Shown: positions 36,767 to 44,167 of the stretch, piece after piece
Numbering within the stretch: position 1 is the first letter of the stretch
How the letters are laid out: each line of letters opens with the position of its first letter
NCBI GenBank assembly: GCA_050296515.1
Contig: JBNKRJ010000032.1
Location: 1,128 to 65,127 of the forward strand
Length of the DNA stretch: 64,000 nucleotides
Reading direction: 5' to 3'
DNA from: Bacteroidales bacterium
GTDB taxonomy: Bacteria; Bacteroidota; Bacteroidia; Bacteroidales; NBLH01
Position numbers and translations under genes: made by a program
The notes under the pieces: generated by a model
What the model saw: only the letters and a program-made list of their open reading frames with translations
The model's database searches: none
What the model was told of the DNA's origin: nothing

Positions 36767-37483
36767 ATGAACATAATAGTTACAGGAGCCAGTCGCGGAA
36801 TAGGATATCACACTGTTCTGCAACTGGGGAATTTAGGGAATCATCATATAGTTGCAATTGCCAGAAGTTCAAATGGTTTAAAAAAGCTTGAAAGTGAATT
36901 TAATAGAACCTCCAATGCGAAACTAAGCACAATCAGTTTTGATCTTTCTGAAAAGGACATTAATCCATTGGTTGAGCAAATCAGCCAGGCTTTTGAACTG
37001 GAAAAAGGCAATAAAATTGATATTTTATTAAACAACGCAGGTTACTTAGCTAATAAAAGCTTTTTGGAGCTGACTGATGATGACTGGCAAAAATCATTTG
37101 AAGTAAATGTTTTCGCTATTGCCCGACTAACAAGAAATTTGTATCCACATTTTAATAAAAAAGAAGGGGCTCATATTGTAAACATTGGCTCAATGGGCGG
37201 AGTGCAGGGGACAACAAAGTTCCCGGGCCTTTCGGCTTATAGTGCCAGCAAAGGGGCCGTCAATATTTTAACCGAAGCAATGGCCACAGAGTTTGAAAAT
37301 GAAAATATTAGAGTGAATGCTATCAATCCGGGAGCAGTACAAACAGAAATGCTTGAGCAGGCTTTTCCTGAATTTAAAGCACAAAACCAAGCCTCAGATA
37401 TGGCAAAATACATTGCCAATTTTATAACAACTGCTCAGCAGTTTATGAATGGAAGGCTCACTCAGGTTAGTTTAAAAAATTAG
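36767..37483 (+). CDS. SDR-family oxidoreductase (possible pterin/sepiapterin-type reductase by context)
   Basis: TGASRGIG, NNAG, and YSASK catalytic motifs. The functional guess rests on context only. Confidence 0.85.
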   Translation: MNIIVTGASRGIGYHTVLQLGNLGNHHIVAIARSSNGLKKLESEFNRTSNAKLSTISFDLSEKDINPLVEQISQAFELEKGNKIDILLNNAGYLANKSFLELTDDDWQKSFEVNVFAIARLTRNLYPHFNKKEGAHIVNIGSMGGVQGTTKFPGLSAYSASKGAVNILTEAMATEFENENIRVNAINPGAVQTEMLEQAFPEFKAQNQASDMAKYIANFITTAQQFMNGRLTQVSLKN

Positions 37484-37850
37484 AAGTCAATTGTCGGGGG
37501 GAAGAATTATTAAACATTGCCCCACAAATAACAAATATTCAGATAATTAATAGCATCAGGCTGCTGGCCACCAGCTGCTCTTATAAGGCTGAAATTAAAA
37601 GTTAGCAGCTAGTTTTGCAGAAAAGGAATACAATACTCCTAATTCTAATTTCCAAGTTCTAAGTTCTGGCATACAGCCAATTTAAATTGCATTAGGCAAC
37701 CCACTCCTTATTCTACTTATAATCAATACATTAATTTTTCTATTAGTAAGTATAGTCATAGAAATAGTAATAATTAAAGAAAGTGACACAAGTAGGTGTA
37801 TCTTCTGTTCGGCTTGTCATTTAATAAAAGCAATTGTCAATTTTTTGTAT

Positions 37851-37867
37851 AACTAAAATTTAGAACT
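37851..37867 (+). promoter_or_regulatory. Start-proximal motif AACTAAAATTTAGAACT
   Basis: Same motif as the 3' end of the start-codon element (4877, 42257, 61527), but here with no element present. Confidence 0.4.
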
Positions 37868-38974
37868 ATGAAAACGACAATGAAATATTTAGTAATATAT
37901 ATTGGTTTAACAATAGCATCAATATTATTTGCAAATGAAGCTTCAGCTCAAAGAGCTTCAATAAGCTTCCAGGTTTTCTATGATCAACTAAGTCCCTATG
38001 GTCATTGGGTTGACAATCCGAGATTTGGATACGTTTGGCTTCCAAATGTAGGTCCGGGGTTTACCCCTTATGCAACCAATGGTTACTGGGTTATGACAAA
38101 TTACGGCATGACCTGGGTTTCAAACTACAGCTGGGGATGGGCTCCATTTCACTACGGACGCTGGGAATACGATAATAATTTTGGTTGGTTTTGGGTTCCT
38201 GATACGGAATGGGGACCAGCATGGGTGGTTTGGAGACAATCAACTGACTATTATGGCTGGGCTCCTATGCGACCAGGTATCAGTATTACAGTAAGTTTTG
38301 GAAGTCACTATCATCCAGCTTATGACTATTGGGTTTTTGTAAGATACAATGATATCGACAGGCATGATTTGCACAGATGTTATGTCAACAGAAGGTATCA
38401 TCGACAAATTATCCGGAGATCAAATGTTATTAACAACACTTATGTAGACAATAGTCGCCACACAACCTATGTTTCAGGTCCTAACAGAACGGATATACAT
38501 CGTACCACAGGACGAAACATTCGTACAGTTTCAATTTCGGATAACAACAGTCCAGGCCAAAATGTTAGAAATGACAGATTAAATATTTATCGTCCGAGAG
38601 TTACAAGAAGTAACAATCGGTATGAACGTACTGTTCCCAGAAAAACTGCTAATATGGATGATATTCGACATAGTAACGGCAGAAACACGGTTTATCAAGA
38701 CAACACAATTCGTCAGTCTAATAACAGAAACCAGGAAACAAACACAATTAATCTAAATAATAGAAAACAAACTCAAAAAACCAATCAATCAAATAATCAA
38801 ACAAAAAATCAGCAACGGTATAATAACCAGTCGAATAGAAATCAGCAATACCAACAAGGGAATAATAAAACGCAAAGTAATAGCAGGAATAGTCGCACTT
38901 ACTCAACAAGTAACAGCAGCAAAAATACGAACAGGCATCAAAGCAACAAACAATCAAATAGCAGAGGTAGATAG
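37868..38974 (+). CDS. Secreted Trp/Tyr/Gly-rich YXWGXW-type repeat protein with N/Q/R/S-rich basic tail
   Basis: Signal peptide. Repeats GHWVDNPRFGYVWLP, NGYWVMTNYGMTWV, YSWGWAPFHYGRWEYDNNFGWFWVP, WGPAWVVWR, YYGWAPM. The last ~170 aa are almost entirely N, Q, R, S, T and K. Confidence 0.6.
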   Translation: MKTTMKYLVIYIGLTIASILFANEASAQRASISFQVFYDQLSPYGHWVDNPRFGYVWLPNVGPGFTPYATNGYWVMTNYGMTWVSNYSWGWAPFHYGRWEYDNNFGWFWVPDTEWGPAWVVWRQSTDYYGWAPMRPGISITVSFGSHYHPAYDYWVFVRYNDIDRHDLHRCYVNRRYHRQIIRRSNVINNTYVDNSRHTTYVSGPNRTDIHRTTGRNIRTVSISDNNSPGQNVRNDRLNIYRPRVTRSNNRYERTVPRKTANMDDIRHSNGRNTVYQDNTIRQSNNRNQETNTINLNNRKQTQKTNQSNNQTKNQQRYNNQSNRNQQYQQGNNKTQSNSRNSRTYSTSNSSKNTNRHQSNKQSNSRGR

Positions 38975-38998
38975 TTTTTTTCGAGTTGAGTTTCCAGT

Positions 38999-39117
38999 GC
39001 CGTCCAAAAAACTGTCATTCCGAGTGAAACGAAGGAATCTCAATTTCTAACTAATTTTGAGATTGCTTCAAAACAAGTTTTTCGCAATGACGTTCATTTT
39101 TCTACTTTTTGGACGGC
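38999..39117. repeat. Nested palindromic element between convergent genes (likely bidirectional terminator)
   Basis: Outer GCCGTCCAAAAA / TTTTTGGACGGC; inner GTCATTCCGAG...CGCAATGACG; innermost GAATCTCAA / TTGAGATT. Confidence 0.7.
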
Positions 39118-39144
39118 CTCATTTTCATTGAAGTTTACCTGTTA

Positions 39145-39642
39145 TTAATGAAATACGAGTTTTATCCTTGGCTGTTCCTTTCCCTCTTCCATAAATTTTT
39201 GGGAAAGCTGAAGAAATGCTTTCACATCAATCCCAAGGAATATTCCCTGCTGGTTTCTTAGATTTGGTAAAGCTTTATCATACAGTCTTTTAAATCCTGC
39301 CAGATTCTTTTGGTTATTTTTTAATAATGCCACAGAAAACTGAATTAGTCCCTGAATAAAAATCCCTTCATCAGACTTTTTCCCAAGCTCTATCCATAGC
39401 TTTTCAAGTACTTCATGAACCTCCCAGTAATATCCTAAGTTAAATAGGTCAATTGCATAAAGATATCGTTGAGATTGTTGCCAATTTTTACTTGAAAAGT
39501 CAATATTACTATCGGGAATTTCAGGAATATGCACTAGATCTTTAATTTGTGAAGGATGTGGTCCTTTTTTAGGAATGTATTTGTAGGATGGTAATTCTAT
39601 CTTAGAATACCTCTTATGAGCTTCCATTACTTTCCGATACAA
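39145..39642 (-). CDS. DUF309-domain protein
   Basis: YLYAIDLFNLGYYWEVHEVLEKLW is the DUF309 signature. The start overlaps the mnmE end by 16 nt. Confidence 0.7.
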   Translation of the reverse strand: MYRKVMEAHKRYSKIELPSYKYIPKKGPHPSQIKDLVHIPEIPDSNIDFSSKNWQQSQRYLYAIDLFNLGYYWEVHEVLEKLWIELGKKSDEGIFIQGLIQFSVALLKNNQKNLAGFKRLYDKALPNLRNQQGIFLGIDVKAFLQLSQKFMEEGKEQPRIKLVFH

Positions 39643-41027
39643 AAATTCCTAAAAATATTCCCTAAAATCTCATCTGTTGAGATTTGCCCGGTAATCTCAC
39701 CAATGTAATGCAACACCTGCCTTATATCCATTGCCAGAAAGTCACCTGTAATTCCATTTTGCAGCCCCTCTTCAACTCTTTCAAGTGCTTCAAAAGCTTG
39801 CTGAAGAGCCTCGTAATGCCTTGTATTACTTATAATTACATCAGCTTCTGAAATAGATTGAACATCGTAAGTTTTTTTGAGGATGTTTGTAAGTTCTTCT
39901 ATATTGGTTTTGTGTTTTGCGGATGCTGGCACAAAATTAGTTTCAGGGAATTCTTCTTTCAGGTGGTCAATATCCGCATCTTTCATTGTGGTTTTGTCAA
40001 TTTTATTGATCAAAACAATTAATTGCCTGTTATCAATATTATAATCATCAATAGTGTACTTTACCTGGTTCGAAATATCTTTCCAGTTATTGGCAGCTTC
40101 AACCATTAAAATAATCAGGTTCGATTGCCTTATTTTTTGTGTTGTTTTCTCAATCCCTAAACTTTCAATAACATCATCCGTTTTCCTCAAACCAGCTGTA
40201 TCAACAAACCTAAAAAGAACCCCGCCGATGTTTAAAACATCTTCAATGGCATCGCGTGTAGTGCCGGCAATATCTGAAACAATGGCTTTTTCTTCATTGA
40301 ATAAAGTGTTTAGCAATGTGGATTTTCCAACATTAGGTTCACCAATAATGGCCACAGGAACTCCGTTTTTTATAACATTACCAAGTTTGAAAGACTTAAT
40401 CAAGTTATCCACCTTTTCTTTAATAGACGTTAGCAGAACCTGTAAGCGATTTCTATCAGCAAATTCAACATCCTCCTCGCTAAAATCCAGCTCTAGCTCA
40501 ATCAACGAAATAAATTCAATCAACCTGTCACGCAACTGGTTCAATTCGTTCGAGAATCCACCTCGTATTTGATTAATTGCAATTTTGTGCGAAGCCGATG
40601 AAGATGATGCTATCAAATCAGCAACCGCCTCAGCCTGAGACAGATCCATTTTACCATTCATAAAGGCTCGCTGAGTAAATTCACCAGGCGCAGCCAGTTT
40701 TACTCCATTTTTTATCAATAGCTGAAGTATTCTTTGTTGAATAAAAACAGAGCCATGGCAGGAAATTTCAATGCTATCTTCGCCAGTGTATGAGTGCGGA
40801 TTTTTATTAAGACTTATCACCACCTCATCAACAATTTCGTCTTCGTCTTTAAGCACACCAAAATGAGTCGTTCCTCCTTTTTGATCTATAAGTGATTTAC
40901 CTTTTCGTCCCCCAGTAAATATTTTATCACCTATCACAATTGCATTGGGCCCTGAGACTCGAATTACAGCAATAGCACCCTGCCCAGCAGGTGTTGCAAT
41001 AGCACAAATTGTATCTGATTTATCCAT
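39627..41027 (-). CDS. mnmE: tRNA uridine-5-carboxymethylaminomethyl modification GTPase MnmE
   Basis: DTICAIATP.G.GAI..IRVSG N-terminus; G-domain GEPNVGKST, DTAG, NKID; C-terminal FCIGK. Confidence 0.95.
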   Translation of the reverse strand: MDKSDTICAIATPAGQGAIAVIRVSGPNAIVIGDKIFTGGRKGKSLIDQKGGTTHFGVLKDEDEIVDEVVISLNKNPHSYTGEDSIEISCHGSVFIQQRILQLLIKNGVKLAAPGEFTQRAFMNGKMDLSQAEAVADLIASSSSASHKIAINQIRGGFSNELNQLRDRLIEFISLIELELDFSEEDVEFADRNRLQVLLTSIKEKVDNLIKSFKLGNVIKNGVPVAIIGEPNVGKSTLLNTLFNEEKAIVSDIAGTTRDAIEDVLNIGGVLFRFVDTAGLRKTDDVIESLGIEKTTQKIRQSNLIILMVEAANNWKDISNQVKYTIDDYNIDNRQLIVLINKIDKTTMKDADIDHLKEEFPETNFVPASAKHKTNIEELTNILKKTYDVQSISEADVIISNTRHYEALQQAFEALERVEEGLQNGITGDFLAMDIRQVLHYIGEITGQISTDEILGNIFRNFCIGK

Positions 41028-41163
41028 TCATTTCTATTTTTAGCAAAAATAAAAGAATTAAACGAATTAAAGGAGTTGGATGTCCTAAATACGAATATAT
41101 TTTCTTTTGAAGTCATTAAGAAAAAAACTACTTTTGGCAGACAAATCATCCAAAAATAATAAA

Positions 41164-42036
41164 ATGAGTATACTAGTAAATAAGAACTCGAAAGTAATTG
41201 TGCAAGGATTCACAGGTAGTGAAGGTACCTTCCATGCTTCGCAAATGATTGAATACGGGACAAATGTGGTAGGTGGAGTTACACCAGGAAAAGGAGGACA
41301 AACTCATTTAGATAAACCTGTATTTAATACAGTTAAAGATGCTGTTGAAAAAACAGGTGCTGATGTTTCAATTATTTTTGTACCACCTGCGTTTGCTGCC
41401 GATGCAATTATGGAAGCTGCCGATGCCGGAATTAAAGTTATAGTGGCTATTACAGAGGGTATTCCCGTTCAGGATATGGTGAAAGTGAAAGATTTTATTA
41501 CAGGTAAGGATGTTCGTTTGATTGGTCCTAACTGCCCTGGAATTATCACCTCTGGAGAAGCTAAAATAGGAATTATGCCAGGCTTTATTTTCAAACCTGG
41601 GAAGATTGGAATTGTTTCAAAATCAGGAACTTTAACATACGAAGCCGTTGATCAAATTACAAAAGCCGGAATGGGACAATCTACTGCAATTGGTATTGGT
41701 GGCGACCCAATTATCGGAACTTCGACACTTGATGCGGTTAAATTATTCATGGAAGACAAAGACACTGAGGGCATCGTTATTATTGGCGAAATTGGTGGAA
41801 ACATGGAAGCTCAGGCTGCTGAATGGATAAAAGAAAACGGAACCAAACCAGTTGTTGGTTTTATTGCCGGTGAAACTGCGCCAAAAGGAAAAAGAATGGG
41901 ACATGCCGGAGCAATTATTGGTGGTAAAAATGATACTGCACAGGCAAAAAAAGAAATTATGCGTTCTTGTGGAATTCATGTAGTGGATTCTCCTGCAGAT
42001 TTAGGCTCGAAAATGGCAGAATTGATGAAAAAATAA
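41164..42036 (+). CDS. sucD: Succinate--CoA ligase subunit alpha
   Basis: [24 protein letters not shown]..., and the phosphohistidine loop MGHAGAII. The start is taken at the internal Met; 41107 gives a non-homologous 19-aa extension. Confidence 0.95.
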   Translation: MSILVNKNSKVIVQGFTGSEGTFHASQMIEYGTNVVGGVTPGKGGQTHLDKPVFNTVKDAVEKTGADVSIIFVPPAFAADAIMEAADAGIKVIVAITEGIPVQDMVKVKDFITGKDVRLIGPNCPGIITSGEAKIGIMPGFIFKPGKIGIVSKSGTLTYEAVDQITKAGMGQSTAIGIGGDPIIGTSTLDAVKLFMEDKDTEGIVIIGEIGGNMEAQAAEWIKENGTKPVVGFIAGETAPKGKRMGHAGAIIGGKNDTAQAKKEIMRSCGIHVVDSPADLGSKMAELMKK

Positions 42037-42057
42037 TCAATAATATCTCTCAGATTT

Positions 42058-42088
42058 AAAAGCTCCTTTTGGGAGCTTTTTCTTTTTA
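42058..42088 (+). terminator. Rho-independent terminator after sucD
   Basis: AAAAGCTCC-loop-GGAGCTTTT followed by TCTTTTT. Confidence 0.7.
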
Positions 42089-42182
42089 TGCCAACTAATA
42101 ATCTTAACAATCAAAATATTTCTCCTGCTGTCTCGTTAGTTATTTGTATATTGTAACAAATGACAAACTAAACAAACAAATC

Positions 42183-42273
42183 ATGAAACCCTCTTAGAGG
42201 GATTTATTAAAAAATGTAATCGCTCTATAAAAGGGTATGATTAATTTCAGCAACTTAACTAAAATTCAAACTC
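42183..42273 (+). repeat. Start-codon-associated element, 91-bp deletion variant
   Basis: ATGAAACCCTCTTAGAGGGATTTAT...AACTAAAATTCAAACTC, then ATGAAA, the start of 42274. Confidence 0.7.
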
Positions 42274-42579
42274 ATGAAAAAAGTAATTGCACTTTTATTT
42301 ATCATTTTTTTTTGTGGCACTTTAACCCTCAGCGCCCAGGTAGTGAAAGACAAGCCCAAAGATGGAGAAATTGTTTACAGAAAAGATGTTGAGAAACCAA
42401 CCACAAATGCAAACTGGGTATGGGTTTCAGGAGAATGGGACTGGAAAAAGAAAAGCAAAGAATATAAATGGGTAAAAGGTCACTGGGAAAAAGCCCCCAA
42501 AGGCAAAAACTACTGGCAATCGGGATATTGGAAAAAAGTAAAAAAAGGATGGGAATGGTCTCCTAGTTATTGGAAATAA
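42274..42579 (+). CDS. Small secreted Lys/Trp-rich YXWGXW-type repeat protein
   Basis: Signal peptide; WVWVSGEWDWKKK..YKWVKGHWEKAP.G.NYWQSGYWKKVKKGWEWSPSYWK. Confidence 0.55.
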   Translation: MKKVIALLFIIFFCGTLTLSAQVVKDKPKDGEIVYRKDVEKPTTNANWVWVSGEWDWKKKSKEYKWVKGHWEKAPKGKNYWQSGYWKKVKKGWEWSPSYWK

Positions 42580-42583
42580 CAGG

Positions 42584-42817
42584 TTAGTAATTTCTAATTG
42601 CTTTAACCATCCCCTCAAGTCCGTTTAGCTTTATTTCATATGCCAAAGCTAAAAGTTCGCCTAACTTTCCTTTAGGAAAACCTTTTTGCCTGAACCAAAC
42701 AAGATAAGGCTCAGGTAAATCGATGATAACCCGCCCTTTGTATTTTCCAAAGGGCATTTTTATTTCCAAAAGGTCTATTAATTGTTGTTTATCAGGTTGT
42801 AACTCTTCCATAATCAA
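42584..42817 (-). CDS. DUF3820-family protein
   Basis: MPFGKYKGRVIIDLPEPYLVWFRQKGFPKGKLGELL is the family signature. Confidence 0.7.
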   Translation of the reverse strand: MIMEELQPDKQQLIDLLEIKMPFGKYKGRVIIDLPEPYLVWFRQKGFPKGKLGELLALAYEIKLNGLEGMVKAIRNY

Positions 42818-42861
42818 TTATTCAAAATGCCAAAAGTACTAAGATTATGGAAACAATAATT

Positions 42862-43554
42862 TCAGATAAGCTTCCTTTTTTTCATAAAATGAATGATGAC
42901 ATCAATAATTTCCTCATGACTCATGGTCATCACATTAAAAGTAATATCAAACAATTCTTCGGGAGCTCCCTTTGCAACAAACGAATCTCGTAAATTGTTT
43001 CTCTTTTTGTCAATGCTTGCAGCATATTTGGTCATTTCTTCAATGGTGCGGGACCGTTTTTTTGCCGCCTGTTCAACACGCCATTCAAAAGGTGCTTGTA
43101 ATCTAATATGGAGTGATTTTTTTATGTCCCGTGTAATAGACACACTGCCCAAGCCAATTATAATCATTTGGCCTTGCTCCGCAAACGACCTGACTACTTC
43201 GATGATTTTCTTTTTGATTTTGGTATCGCTTGCATAATATTTTTCTGAAGAACTTAATATTATGCTTTCAACAAGCCCCTTTTTCTCTCCTTCAAAAACA
43301 TGAAGTATCCTGGATTCCTTTAAATTGAGAGCTTTTGCAGTATTTTCAAAGACTTCTTTGTTTATCCAGGTCCATTCTTTCGCACCTTTTTTCTCTTTAA
43401 TTATTTCGTTAAGCTTAGCTGAAAGTTTTTGGGCCAGATCCTTTGCAGCACATCCATATTGCCTCGAAATTGTAATAACAGGACCCGGAGACTGTCGTTC
43501 ATCAATAGTCTTTTTATATTGTTCCGTGAGGTATTTTTTTAAATCAATTGCCAT
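42862..43554 (-). CDS. Cytidylate kinase-like family protein
   Basis: N-terminal ITISRQYGCAAKDLAQKLSAKL and overall size; a degenerate P-loop typical of this family. Confidence 0.65.
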   Translation of the reverse strand: MAIDLKKYLTEQYKKTIDERQSPGPVITISRQYGCAAKDLAQKLSAKLNEIIKEKKGAKEWTWINKEVFENTAKALNLKESRILHVFEGEKKGLVESIILSSSEKYYASDTKIKKKIIEVVRSFAEQGQMIIIGLGSVSITRDIKKSLHIRLQAPFEWRVEQAAKKRSRTIEEMTKYAASIDKKRNNLRDSFVAKGAPEELFDITFNVMTMSHEEIIDVIIHFMKKRKLI

Positions 43555-43671
43555 ATAAATAAGTTTGGGTTAGTATAGTAAATATACAAAAAAAACACCT
43601 AACCCAGAAGAAAGGTGCCATGAAAATAACCTCTAAAAGGCAATCTAATCAGTATAATAAAACACAAATAA

Positions 43672-43890
43672 CTAGCAAGAACAAACAGTGTCTTTCCCAG
43701 CTTTTATCTGATTATCAATTATCTTTTGTTCCGTTTTAATGCAGTAAATCTTTTTCTTTCTAAGTGCTTTGTTTTTTCCAATACTCGTTTCGGGGAAATG
43801 TCCATTCTTCTTAAACAAAATATTGAATGCAAAGCCAATAAAAATAATAGTAAGCAATCCTATTGAAAGCAGTAATATCTTAACAAACAT
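43672..43890 (-). CDS. Small single-pass membrane protein, unknown function
   Basis: N-terminal TM helix and a basic tail ending CSC. There is no homology I can name. Confidence 0.3.
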   Translation of the reverse strand: MFVKILLLSIGLLTIIFIGFAFNILFKKNGHFPETSIGKNKALRKKKIYCIKTEQKIIDNQIKAGKDTVCSC

Positions 43891-44167
43891 AATTCTTAAC
43901 CCTCCATTAAAATATGAAATAAATATATTCTTGTTCTAACTGATACAAAGATATAGCTATTTACATAATTTGCCAACCAAATATTTACGCCATCATTAAA
44001 AACTCAACTAACACCCTGTTAATGAGCGGAATATATCAAAAAAACCTAAACCGACATTATTTAGAATATCTCTAAATAATTTCCTACATTTGCAAAAAAT
44101 TACAATTATCAGAAAAACATCATTCTATTATTGACAATAATTGTAAGCCTAAACAAACTACTTATCT

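Noticed and set aside
41107-41163. Longer N-termini offered by the ORF track for sucD (41107), the second MCP (49173), the beta-propeller gene (54784) and the DoxX gene (8749).
   Set aside because: The extensions are not colinear with paralogs or family N-termini, or they overlap the neighbouring gene. Internal Met starts give canonical N-termini or signal peptides.
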